A stretch of DNA of 64,000 bases from positions 1,798,001 through 1,862,000 of the forward strand of contig JAYWIR010000014.1 in NCBI GenBank assembly GCA_036172245.1, written 5' to 3'. Under the pieces are notes generated by a model. That model was given only the letters and a program-made list of their open reading frames with translations, did not search any database and had not been told where the DNA came from. This DNA comes from Raillietiella orientalis. Its lineage: Eukaryota. Position 1 is the first letter of the stretch, and the number at the start of each line of letters is the position of its first letter. This document shows, piece after piece, positions 53,001-63,538 of this stretch. The translations under genes were made by a program, and so were the position numbers.

Positions 53001-56000
53001 CATGAGAACCTGCGCGCTCCCGATCTCCGTGACGTCATGACGAGCGACTGCGGACTCGGAAGGGGAGAAGGAAGAGGGAGAGGGCTGAGGAACCCTGCCG
53101 GAACGGATCCTCAAGGACCTCCCGGAGAGACAGCCACGGGAAACCTCCGGGAATACGCGGCTCAGTGGTCGAGAGAGAGCGTGGTACGGGGACAGGGCCA
53201 CGTGGAGGAGAGGCGGGGCGGCGGACGAAAACGTCCGGCAGGAAATCCGCTCCCCTTCCCATCCGGACTTGACGGGCTGCTGCAAAGCTGAAAGAAAGGA
53301 AGGCAGGTGGAAGGAGCCACAGGGAGGATTTGCTGGCGAGGGATGTCTTCGAGCGGGAGAGCACTTCGAGAGGAGGTCTTTTGGGACCGGGAAGACACTG
53401 GAGGCCGAGGAGGAACGGGGAGGAAGAACATCCGTCGCTTTCCCTGCCCGGAGGCGCTTCACCTTCCCTCTTCCGAATCGCCGCCTTCGCAACCTCTTCT
53501 TCCCCTTCCTTCCTCCTGATCTCAGCCCCCCGAATCATCCTTCGTAATCCAATCATCACGCGTTCGTCCTGCTGCTAAGCAACCCTCCGTCAGCTCTATG
53601 GAGCGCCTCATTAAGAGCGGCGGTGTTCCGGGGGCTCCGAGGAGAACGCACCGGAAATTTCCCCCTCCCCAGGAAATTCCCCAAGCGGATAGAGGAAGGG
53701 AGGGGGGAGGTAACTTTTCTTCTTACGGCGAGTTTCTCCCGGAAGCGCGAGACGGGCGTAGACGAGCGTGCACATGTCCTCCTCTCACGCTGCCAGCGCG
53801 AGCAGGGCTCTCAGTCACAGGGCCGCGCCGCCCTCCCCCGCAGCTGCGAGAGACCCGCACGCGCGTCACGCGTTCGGATGACGTGACCCTGGAAGGGCTC
53901 CGCATGGGGTGGAGCGCCGTGCGGATAGCACGGGTACCTTCCTCGCGACGGACTTGGAAACATCCTCCCGCCGCTTCCCTCTAGCCCAAGGAGGGGAGAC
54001 CAATCCCTTCGTCCTGGGTTCATCTTCCCTCTTCCGTCCTGGCAGCGTTCCAGTCCTGAGTTCCGGCCGTTGCATCAGCAGCCTCAGGCAGCAGTCGCGT
54101 CCGTTGGCGCTGACCTGGTGCGGGTTGCAGCCTCCCTCCTGGATGTCTTTCCTGGCTGGCAACCTTAGGGATGACTCCCTTCCCTCCCCCTAGGAAGGCA
54201 CCCTCCCCTATGCAAAGGGAGACGGCGATTCCCCACTTTCCCTCTTTCTCTCCCCTGCTACCCTTCCTCCTCGGGAAAGAAATCTTCCTGTGAGAGAGGC
54301 CACTCGGTGATCGGCCCGCCAGCCATATCCTCGAGCGTCCCGGTCACGTCCTCCGAACCTCTGGGTGGCAGGAGTCTCTCTCTGAACCATCTCAGCCCGC
54401 GACCGACATGCCCTACCACCATGAAAACCTGGCGTTCCCTAGCAACTTCGTGCACGCGCATCAGCAACCCTCCTCTCCTCCCGCGCTACAAGCGGAGAGA
54501 GTCGCTTCTCGTGGTCGCTCGGGCAACGGTTGGCAGCGGCGGGCTTCCGCAGCAGTTTCCACGCTACGGCCGTCTCCGGAAAGCTCCCATCTCTTGAAGC
54601 GCGCTCTCTCGAGGGAGCGCCAGCGTTCGCATGTGATCCAGAACGATCCATTCCTCTCTGGGAGTGGCGTCCCGCTCGCGGAGAGAGCGGCTCGCCGGAG
54701 GAAACTAACAAGAGGTCAGGGCATCTGCACTTACGGATGCCTCTGGCCCCTCCTCCTCCCCCCCCCTTGACCTGGGAGATGACGAGGAAAAGCAGCCAGG
54801 AACTTCCAGGAAACAGATACTCCCGGAGTGGGAAACGGGAGCGCGGTCACCGGAGCATGCGAATTTCCAAATCTTGGTGAGTCAGGAGCGTACCGGGTTG
54901 CCGCCGGCTGGCTCGAGGACCAAGGAAATCCGAAGGGTTGCGACCGCGGAGCTGCGGAGGACTGGCCACGAACGACCTATGGCGCGATTCTTACCCCAGG
55001 GGCTGCTCGACTTCCCTGCAGCTTCGCCTTCACCCCGTCAGCAGCTGCGGATCCCTCCCCATTTCCGTCCGAAGGCATCGTTGGATTTCCGAGATGTGCC
55101 TGGAGGCGCGGAGTAAAAGAGGCGACACGCCTGCGCGTGCACATCCGGGACACTCCTTACACAGGACAGCGGAAACAGCCAGTCCTTTCATCTTATCCTT
55201 CCTGGAAGGAGAACTCGCAGCGGCAAAAACCTTCCAACGGTCCGAAAAGACGAAGAGAACGGTTAGCGCCTGCGCGCCCGCATCCAGCAGAGAGACCGTC
55301 CTCTTCCCTAAGATGGTTGGTCTCCCTGCTGGGAGTTCCTCCTGAGGGCTCGGTGGCGAGCGCATGGAAACAGGGTCCGGCGGAGGACGAAAGCTCCCTT
55401 CCTACCATAAGGTTGGCGCGCTTCTGCTCCTAAACTGGGTCGTGCCTCTTGCCTCCTACTCTTTCCTCCACCATCCCCGCCCTGCTCCCGTAAGCCGCAA
55501 GCAACGATCCCCCGTCCACTCAGAGGCACCCAGTGAAGGTTTGAAAAAATCCTCCGCTCCACTCGAAGTTGATGATCTACGTCACTCCCGATGAAACGAC
55601 GCTCTCGCCATCTGTGCGCCGCAGCTGCAAATCAAAAGAGAGACTAAGCATCTCTGAGCTTCAAGACAAAGCGCTTGGAAACTCGGGAGGCTCCACACTG
55701 AACTCAGTCTTTCAACCAGTTCCTCACAACTTCCATTTTTCTTTCTTCCTCCCTCCTTTTTTCTTTTTTTTCTTCCTTTCTCTTTTTTCCATCATCTTCT
55801 CAGTATTCTTTCAGTACACAACTGAACCTGATAAGAATTCTGGCATTCTTCTGGATCTTTGGTTTCTCTTTGTAACCAGGCACAACGTGCATGAGCGCGG
55901 TATCAAAACATCCGTGGAGTAAAAAGTAATAAGTGTGGATGGCCAGGGCTTCGGGGTGAGGATCACAAAATGCACGGTTGCTAAGGACGCCTCTCAGCAA

Positions 56001-59000
56001 AGCTGCAGAAGAAATCTTCCCTTCAAAGTCGTCAGAGTTGCCGGCGATGCTTGGAAAAAGCTAGCCGTGCTTGACCAAAATGGGATGCTCCGTTGCCCAC
56101 TAGCTGTCCTGGTTCTTGGAGTCCAGAAAGGTTCGTTGCTAGGCTCACCTAAGAGACTTCTAAAGTGCATTCGTGCCTGGGCAAGAACACAACGTCGCAG
56201 ACAGTCGCTGGCGGGAACACGCGATACCATCACGGAGGGATAATCACTAAGGAGCTCAACTTTCATCTCCATGGATAATTCTGTTCACGGGCAGATTAGA
56301 CACAAAGCCCGCATCTCGAAGATTTCGCGAAACATCAGCTCGATCATGCCCTTGCTCGTTCGCCTCCGGTGATGAACTCCCGGGTCGCCGTAGATCCCTG
56401 TACTCTGGGCAGATGAATCTTGCAGGGTGCACATTTTTCAATTGACTAGCAGCATGTGAACAAAATGTTGTGGCGCTTTGAACCACGCCCCTTTACATAT
56501 GCAAAGATGTGGTGTTTTCATCTTCGGAATCAGATGATCCATCGCAATACTGAGGGTACATGTCACCGTGTCACATATACTGTGAGCAATTTGCACATGC
56601 ACAGGCACTAATGATTTAGTTTCCACGCTAATGATGAATTTGCATATATTTGCGGATGGCACCTCAGTTTTTGCATCTTTCCGTGCCTACTTGCGCGACA
56701 AATCATCGGAACGCTCCATAAAGACGCGTTCGGTACGATTGTCGCACTCTCAAGCGGGTAAAGACTGCTTGTAAAGAAGACGAAGAGATGGCATGAGGGA
56801 CATTTCGGCCAAGTGCACTGTTACAGCCTCAGAATGAAGGGCGATGTGGATCCTGCTCTAAACAAGCAGCGCATGAAAAGCTTCGCGTTGTCCTGATTTC
56901 TGAGGGAATACGAAATGGTGCTTTGGGAGTCACCGCTGATCACATACGAGCTTTTTTGTTTTGTGTTTTGCTTTCAATTTCGCGTGTTTCAACCCGTCTC
57001 ACACTGCATGATTGCCACCATGGGATTTCTTGTCTTGATACGTGAGAGCACTTCACTTGAAGGAATGGGGGAGATCAGATGAGGGAAGCTGAGATTTCCG
57101 ACTGCCTTGGACCCATTCCACTAACCCATTTTGACGGAAGGAGCATCCGCATAATCATCCGCTTCCCTCCCGACAAAATAAGGCATGAGGGAGATGTAAC
57201 TGCCATCTTGTGCATCTCGCAGATATCTGAATGGATTCGTTCGTCAGAGCCACCTCCTCAGGCTCATGGGAGACCCAGTTGCGCGCGGATAAGGAAACTT
57301 CCTAAAATTCCGCGGGTTATCGAGGGAACATGCGTGGAAGGTCCGTGCGTGTTCCCAGATATGTTCAATTCACATACAGCGTTCTGCATCTGCAAGACGG
57401 GATCCTTTACTGTCGTCCATCGAGTTACTCTTTCACAACAGGAAGCAGCCTCCTTCGGTTTGAGGACTGCTGCTTCATGCATGAGGCTCGATTAAACCGA
57501 CTCTGTGCAAGAGGAATGGCAAGGAGAGGAGAAGCAGATCGTCCGTGGCAATGACAAGTGACACGAGACGAAACGTCGCCTCATAAATGAAATCACCGCA
57601 TGAGTGATTCTCTCCTGCACGCAACCAAGCACGATGTCATGGTTCAAAGGATCATGGATGCCGCAATGACGACACGGAAGTGGACTTTGATGTCCGCGAA
57701 CCGAATTGTCCCGGATTGGATTCCACGCCGTGGTCATTACGAAATGGAAGGGAATTCATAGGCATTCGTATGCCTCCTCTGCTGCTTATCTCGTCTCCGA
57801 CCTTCTTCCAAGCTCCCTTCCAAAAAAAGAAAAAAAAACGAGCACACACATTCTTCAAGTGGTCAAGAGTGACTGGACCAACGGCACTCGGAAGCAGCCA
57901 TCGGGTTTCTTTACGACTTGCGGTCCTTCGGACGTGGCTCTCCTCCACTCGCAACGGGCGACCTCTTCACGGCTTGCACATCCCATCAGAGGAAGATCGG
58001 TCCTTCTCGGGAAGGCAGCTCAGAAACTTCTTCGTTTTCCGAGTTTGTCCCTTTCCCGCTGCACGATGCGACCGCGGCTCCCGACGCGACCACTGTGGTG
58101 GCGCTTTCGCCCTCAAAAGATCGCCTCCCTCGCGTTTCTCGGGGGAAACCTCAGCCAGGGAAGCAACTTGAAATTCATCATCACCGTCATCGTCGTCATT
58201 TTGCACTCCGCTCCGAGGCATCGGGACCTGAATCTTTGCAGCTTGATTCGGGTGCGGATTCGTGGCGCTTCATCCGGAAGAGCGCCATGAATGCCGCGCC
58301 GCAATAGAACCGCTTCCGGTGAGGACTCCCGGAAAGCCTGCATCCGAATGCGGAAGCGTTCCGGTTTGCTCCCGTTTCGATCGCACCACTCTCCGAAGTC
58401 ACGGAACCGTTCGTTGCCAAGAGCATCGGGGAAGAAAAGTCACCACCGGATGGGACGAGACGCTTGAGGGAGATGACACAAGGGAAGGGAAAGGAAGCGC
58501 GACGGGTGCTCCGCTCTGCGAACTCAAGGGATGACAACCCCAAAGAACTGGCAAATGCATCTCAGCTGGATGTCTTTTGGAGATGGACCGGGTAGCCTCG
58601 AGCGGCCTGCGCTAACATGGTATCTCTCGGCGGAATCGGGGCGAAGGATACCCCAAACCCCCACGGGATGTCGGCGGAAACATAGGATCGCTTGCAAAGG
58701 ATTCGAAGCAGGGGCGAAGGATCTCCAGCATCGTCGTCACTAACCCAGGGGCAACGTCGGCCCGGACGGTATGGGACCGGAAGAAGTGCTGGACAGCTAA
58801 GGAACAGAGAGCGAGCGACCGAGCGGCGGGCGCTAAGAGGACGTACGGAAACCCCTCCCGAGGTCGGAAACGTGCCGGCCACGAACGTCTTGATGTCCCA
58901 CCCTCCCTCAGCTCCTGTGCCGCCGGTGCTGCCGCCGTGCCAATGCAGACTCTTTCCTCGGCTGCTTGCACCAGCGGGCGAAAGAGCGGTCAGTTTGAGA

Positions 59001-60058
59001 GGGCTGCAGATGGAGGCAGCAAACATCTCCCGGAGCTCGACCCCAAGACACAGAGAAGGACGGGAGGAACGTCGGGGAGGAGAGAGAGAAAGGAGGAGAA
59101 GGTAAGATGCAGGGAAAGGCAGGTGACGGCAACGACGAACCCCTCCAGGCGCAAAACAGGACGCTTTGGGAATGCCCCTTTCCAGGTTCCGCTCGCATGC
59201 CGCTTACCTCAGGGAATCGACATCTACGCGGGAAATCTTTTCGGCCGAAAAGACCAGGTCCATCGACTTAGATCGCGGCTGGATGTGAATTTCTTTCGCA
59301 TCGGAGCACTTGAGGAGCTCTGCATCCTGGAAGCTCGTCGTGTGGGTAATTGGGTTCCCTCCAAGAAAAATTTCGAAAGAAGCAGATCGGTTCTTGGATG
59401 AGAAAGACGGAACCTCCAGGTAAAACGAGTCACTCTTGGAATGCGGGAAGAAGGAATCCTCATCGTTCCAGTCCCCTTCCTGGGCGAGCTGCCGTTCCAG
59501 CTTGGGGAAGTTGTTTGAGGACCGACGGCCCGAGGGGCCCCTCGCTTCCTGCATGGGCGGACTGGCACTGGGGGAATTCGGGGTCAAGGTCACGACCACC
59601 GGGCTCGTTTCCGGGAACGGGAACTCGTCTCCGTCGCTCGCCCCGCCCCTGCCATCGCTGGACGAGGAGTTGGACCGGACAGACTCCTGGCTGCTGCTGC
59701 ACGCGACCGCCGCAGGGGTCGCTTCCAGCTTGGCCGTCTCGCTCAGGTAGAAGCAGTGGACACAGGACGGAATCGTTTGCCTCTTGGGGGATGCGGCGCA
59801 GTCGCACGGTCCGTCCAGGGAGTACGCGTCCAGGCTGCGGGACCGGCCCGACCCGGAGACCGCGCCGAACTCGGACAAGGGCACCTCCAGGTACCGCGCC
59901 GACGCCCGCCCGAACTTGCCCTTCAGCTTCGTCTCATCGATGGACACGGAACGTATGTGCTTCGACACCTCGAGGTGCCTGCTCGCCGTCTCCGCCGGCG
60001 TCGACGACGACGACGGCGGGGACTTCGTTCTCCTGAACGTGGAACGGATCCTCTCCAT
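1890..60058 (-). CDS. rdgA: Type IV diacylglycerol kinase (rdgA / DGK zeta-iota family), 3'-partial; join of 9 exons: 59208-60058, 51293-51458, 34893-35087, 15876-16002, 7061-7188, 6314-6492, 5698-5872, 5133-5346, 1890-2082
   Basis: The exons carry the family motifs in the correct order: two C1 domains, [42 protein letters not shown]. All junctions are GT-AG with matching phases (2,0,0,1,0,2,0,1,2). Confidence 0.93.
2250..3080 (-). mobile_element. tRNA-derived SINE-like element, copy 1 (interrupted)
   Basis: Degenerate B-box head near 3020 (ggtccgaatcc on minus); body shared with 48650-49160 and 27940-28369. Ends approximate. Confidence 0.7.
2679..2910. mobile_element. ~230 bp interspersed element, copy B, inserted into a SINE-like copy
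   Basis: Interrupts a SINE body that is contiguous in other copies; flanked by ttccggcttt (2669-2678) and ttccgccttt (2911-2920), a TSD-like pair. Confidence 0.7.
5133..5346 (-). CDS. rdgA: DGK exon 8 (end of DAGKc, start of DAGKa)
   Basis: [11 protein letters not shown]...LDRW...[20 protein letters not shown]; tttcAG acceptor, GTGAGA donor. Confidence 0.93.
5698..5872 (-). CDS. rdgA: DGK exon 7 (ATP-binding GGDGT motif)
   Basis: [17 protein letters not shown]...[19 protein letters not shown] acceptor, GTAAGT donor. Confidence 0.93.
6314..6492 (-). CDS. rdgA: DGK exon 6 (start of DAGKc)
   Basis: [40 protein letters not shown] acceptor (exon start 6492 or 6489), GTGAGT donor. Confidence 0.93.
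7061..7188 (-). CDS. rdgA: DGK exon 5 (IIPPSW plus MARCKS-like basic segment)
   Basis: Not in the ORF track; manual translation gives [42 protein letters not shown]. ccAG acceptor, GTACGT donor; phases 1 and 0 fit the neighbouring exons. Confidence 0.88.
13355..13432. repeat. Polypurine (GA-rich) low-complexity tract
   Basis: Almost pure G/A run; similar tracts at about 6195-6272 and 21140-21215. Confidence 0.8.
13600..14950 (-). mobile_element. Decayed non-LTR retrotransposon RT remnant
   Basis: Colinear degenerate motifs across frames: [11 protein letters not shown] (~YRPISLL), EGFHPG (~QxGFRPG), LLEISK (~LDxSKAFD), FQVR. Many stops and frameshifts. Confidence 0.4.
15876..16002 (-). CDS. 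rdgA: DGK exon 4 (end of C1B)
   Basis: [31 protein letters not shown]...EPCSMG; ttgcAG acceptor, GTGAG donor. Confidence 0.93.
16023..16094. repeat. 32 bp tandem duplication (about 2.2 units)
   Basis: gcgccattagcgag(a/g)agccacagggacggcgt occurs twice, followed by gcgccatt. Confidence 0.95.
16285..16395 (+). mobile_element. SINE-like element, partial 3' fragment (copy 2)
   Basis: ggatcctttccgggttcccttcggag...gagaataaggaagag is the reverse complement of sequence at about 2275-2355 and 48675-48745. Confidence 0.6.
19665..20030 (+). mobile_element. tRNA-derived SINE-like element, copy 3
   Basis: B-box ggttcgaatcc at about 19720, followed by the body motif gattggaagtcgaccctccaggatccttccagga; inverted relative to copies 1, 4 and 5. 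Confidence 0.75.
27940..28369 (-). mobile_element. tRNA-derived SINE-like element, copy 4
   Basis: Minus strand reads ggcccgcattggcgggcatgtgg (A-box-like) ...gggttcgaatcc (B-box), then the shared body. Confidence 0.78.
29950..30830 (-). mobile_element. Decayed LINE AP-endonuclease remnant
   Basis: [10 protein letters not shown] (~DIIxLxE) followed by YAAGDVK (~GDFN) in the expected order. Confidence 0.35.
34893..35087 (-). CDS. rdgA: DGK exon 3 (end of C1A, start of C1B)
   Basis: [13 protein letters not shown]...FPCKPSFRE...HHWVH...KCMHCKK; tttcAG acceptor, GTCAGT donor; 195 nt, phase 0-0. Confidence 0.93.
44001..44040. repeat. Perfect 40 bp palindrome with no spacer
   Basis: gctcctgtagcgttcacctgcaggtgaacgctacaggagc equals its own reverse complement. 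Confidence 0.97.
44485..44507. repeat. Poly-T run (23 nt), possible retroelement poly-A tail on minus
   Basis: Homopolymer seen directly. Confidence 0.6.
47780..48520 (+). mobile_element. Decayed LINE (RTE-like) endonuclease remnant
   Basis: [14 protein letters not shown] and LLLGNWNS resemble the APE motifs DIxxLxE, xxYAP and GDFN, in order. Confidence 0.4.
48650..49160 (-). mobile_element. tRNA-derived SINE-like element, copy 5
   Basis: Same 5' end (ggcccgcatt) as copy 4, B-box ggttcgaatcc, and the shared body. Confidence 0.78.
49409..49900 (-). mobile_element. Decayed RTE-like RT C-terminal remnant
   Basis: [16 protein letters not shown]...RLLQLGSLL loosely resembles the RTE EQVxxFKYLGSxIT region. 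Confidence 0.3.
51293..51458 (-). CDS. rdgA: DGK exon 2 (start of C1A)
   Basis: [32 protein letters not shown]; acceptor ttcAG at 51459-51460, donor GTAGGT at 51292. Confidence 0.92.
52953..53037. promoter_or_regulatory. Candidate intronic enhancer or promoter: MEF2/TATA-like CTATAAATAG plus full CRE TGACGTCA
   Basis: CTATAAATAG at 52953-52962 and TGACGTCA at 53030-53037, with an ETS/GC-box-like cttccggcggggcggg just upstream. Confidence 0.4.
57483..58771. repeat. 1.29 kb direct duplication, copy 1
   Basis: Near-identical to 62250-63538 (offset 4767); the ORF track shows matching translations at both sites. Confidence 0.97.
59208..60058 (-). CDS. rdgA: DGK coding exon 1 (Ser-rich N-terminus)
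   Basis: [14 protein letters not shown]...[14 protein letters not shown] resembles the arthropod rdgA N-terminus as I recall it. Donor AG|GTAAG at 59207; phase 2 fits exon 2. Confidence 0.8.
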
Positions 60059-60093
60059 CTCTTCCTCGGAGCTCTCCAGCTTCCCGACTACCC

Positions 60094-60134
60094 ACTGAAC
60101 GAGCGTTCCGCGCTCGCGACGCTTTTCGTACTGA
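60094..60134 (-). promoter_or_regulatory. Possible arthropod initiator (TCAGT) motifs upstream of the ATG
   Basis: TCAGT on minus at 60130-60134 and 60094-60098; the upstream one could instead be a splice acceptor for a UTR exon. Confidence 0.25.
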
Positions 60135-62249
60135 CAGAAACGTCACTCGGGTAGCAGGGAGACACGGCAGCGCGTACTGCTGCAGACTGGGGGATGCATC
60201 GATGGATCCGGGACGGAAACGCGAAGAGCGGAAGCACGCGGGAATGCCGCTGATTGCCGTTTCTCCTTTCGCCGGCAGCCTGAGAATCGAGCCTGCGTAG
60301 ATGCAGGATTCTTCCGAAGGGGGATAGGGGTGGAAAAGGAAGGGAGCAAAACGGCTGGACGTGGGGAGGGACGGGAACCCCAGAGGGCAGACACGCCCCC
60401 CGCGTAGATGGCTGATCTTTTGAGGAGGGATAGAGTGGGGAGCGAGCGAACGCGCGCTCCTAGAACCGATGGCGGCCCCCTGGGGGCCTGGGCTGGAGTT
60501 CCTGCAGGGATGAAAGCCGAAAGAGGCGGCCCTGTGGTACTTGCGCGTGCGCGGGGGGTAGCGAAACTCCCGATTGCATCGGCACGCCTCGTCGCACCCA
60601 CGCGAATCGAGGATTCTCCTTGTCGTCCAGATGACTAGTTCGATCTCGCCCTTCCCATAATCTTCTCTCCCCCTCCTCCCCCCGAGGTCGTTCGCAACCG
60701 ACTTTGGTCACGCGAGTGAGCACAGCACGGCGATGGGACCATTTGCGCCTCTCCGACAGTCCTCCTAGTAGCTATCGCCGCCGGTGGGAACGAGCTTGGT
60801 TCCCAATGAAACGACACGGAGAGAATCCGCCCCACGAAGGGGGAACGGTTGCACGGTTGCCAACGGCTGGCTGGTCGGGACTCGAGATCAGCCTGGAGGG
60901 AAAGCCGCTCCGAGCCTGGAGTTCTTTCGTTGCGCTCCCATCTCGCCTGCGGGAGGCACTACCATTGCAGCAAGTCCGAACTGCTCTTCGGGACTGACCC
61001 TGGAGACCTTAGCAAACATCTACGAGCCTCTGTCCCCCCTTCCCCCATGAGCGCGCTCGGCGCAGGCCAGCAGCTGGGAAGGAACACCCTCCGAGGTCAT
61101 GCTGAGGCCAGCACGGATCCCGCGGCGTGCGGTTGTCAACACACCCACTTGGCTGCGCATGGTTGCTAGCTCGTCCAACCACGGATGCTCGCCTCTAAAT
61201 ACCGGAGAAGAAAGGAGCCTTCAGTCTTCAGGGAACCTCCGACCTTCCTTTGAACCGTCCGTCGCAGACTATGTGAAGCAGACTGCCTGGAAGATCACTG
61301 AACAATCCCGCGCGATCGGGCCGTGCGCCCGACTGCACGCAGAGGGAGATGAGGCAAGGAGGGGGAGAGTCCGCGATGATTGAGATGGAATTGGAGGCAG
61401 AAGAGAACCCAGGACGGGGGGAGGGGAGGGACAGAAGAGGAGGAAGGATGACCCTCTCCGTCGATCCTGCGGATCGAAGTTCATCTTCGATTCGCAGGAT
61501 CGACGACGTCTCTTCTTCCTCCTCAGGCGAGCTGGGTCTCCACCGGTGACTACCCCCATCTGCATTCCTGGACAGAATTGGAGACCTCCTTAGATCCACT
61601 TCGAAGTTCCTAGGCACCCTCTAGCGCCCATGGAGATGTGGAGTCTCGAGTTCTTGCTTGCTGCTGGTTTCCAGAGTGGAGAGGGGAGGCTTGCCGGTAG
61701 CCTTTTGCCAGCGACGCGTGGTCGCTGGGCGGTGGAGGGGGAACCCTAACTGGCGAACAGCAGCCGCGTAAGCGCTGTACATTCAGTCGGCGAGCGCACA
61801 GGTGGCTCATTGCACGGAGGACACGTCTCCGCATGGATGCCCTCCACGCTCCAGCTCTGTAGGACATGATGAGACCGGAGTAAGGAACGGGAACGCAAGG
61901 GAGGGGGACGAAGTGGAATTGAGATCCCATCCGGTCTGCTCCATCCTGGGCAACACGTCACAGCCATCTCTCCACCCTGCCCGCCATTCCTGGACCGCCC
62001 TCCACCCGCTCTCTTACTCTACGAGGTGAGAAGCAGTTTGCACAGCCTGCTCGGGTGAGCAATCAGAGGACGGAGAGGACCAGAGGAGGAAGCGAAGAGC
62101 CGAAGACGGAAGAGCGGGGTGGACGGCGAGGAGAGGTCGCACCTTAACTCCGTGCGAACAACCAATCGATCCCACAGTGGAACTCGAGGAACTCTCGGCG
62201 GAAAGGGGAGAGCCGGGTAGTGGGAGGGGCTTGCCAGTTTTCGGGATGA

Positions 62250-63538
62250 GAGGCTCGATTGAACCGACTCTGTGCAAGAGGAATGGCAAGGAGAGGAGAA
62301 GCAGATCGTCCGTGGCAATGACAAGTGACACGAGACGAAACGTCGCCTCATAAATGAAATCACCGCATGAGTGATTCTCTCCTGCACGCAACCAAGCACG
62401 ATGTCATGGTTCAAAGGATCATGGATGCCGCAATGACGACACGGAAGTGGACTTTGATGTCCGCGAACCGAATTGTCCCGGATTGGATTCCACGCCGTGG
62501 TCATTACGAAATGGAAGGGAATTCATAGGCATTCGTATGCCTCCTCTGCTGCTTATCTCGTCTCCGACCTTCTTCCAAGCTCCCTTCCAAAAAAAGAAAA
62601 AAAAACGAGCACACACATTCTTCAAGTGGTCAAGAGTGACTGGACCAACGGCACTCGGAAGCAGCCATCGGGTTTCTTTACGACTTGCGGTCCTTCGGAC
62701 GTGGCTCTCCTCCACTCGCAACGGGCGACCTCTTCACGGCTTGCACATCCCATCAGAGGAAGATCGGTCCTTCTCGGGAAGGCAGCTCAGAAACTTCTTC
62801 GTTTTCCGAGTTTGTCCCTTTCCCGCTGCACGATGCGACCGCGGCTCCCGACGCGACCACTGTGGTGGCGCTTTCGCCCTCAAAAGATCGCCTCCCTCGC
62901 GTTTCTCGGGGGAAACCTCAGCCAGGGAAGCAACTTGAAATTCATCATCACCGTCATCGTCGTCATTTTGCACTCCGCTCCGAGGCATCGGGACCTGAAT
63001 CTTTGCAGCTTGATTCGGGTGCGGATTCGTGGCGCTTCATCCGGAAGAGCGCCATGAATGCCGCGCCGCAATAGAACCGCTGCCGGTGAGGACTCCCGGA
63101 AAGCCTGCATCCGAATGCGGAAGCGTTCCGGTTTGCTCCCGTTTCGATCGCACCACTCTCCGAAGTCACGGAACCGTTCGTTGCCAAGAGCATCGGGGAA
63201 GAAAAGTCACCACCGGATGGGACGAGACGCTTGAGGGAGATGACACAAGGGAAGGGAAAGGAAGCGCGACGGGTGCTCCGCTCTGCGAACTCAAGGGATG
63301 ACAACCCCAAAGAACTGGCAAATGCATCTCAGCTGGATGTCTTTTGGAGATGGACCGGGTAGCCTCGAGCGGCCTGCGCTAACATGGTATCTCTCGGCGG
63401 AACCGGGGAGAAGGATACCCCAAACCCCCACGGGATGTCGGCGGAAACATAGGATCGCTTGCAAAGGATTCGAAGCAGGGGCGAAGGATCTCCAGCATCG
63501 TCGTCACTAACCCAGGGGCAACGTCGGCGCGGATGGTA
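62250..63538. repeat. 1.29 kb direct duplication, copy 2
   Basis: Only about six substitutions seen by eye against copy 1. Confidence 0.97.

Noticed and set aside
57483..63538. LTR retrotransposon interpretation of the direct repeats
   Set aside because: No TG...CA termini, TSD or gag/pol were found, and the interior is a host exon.
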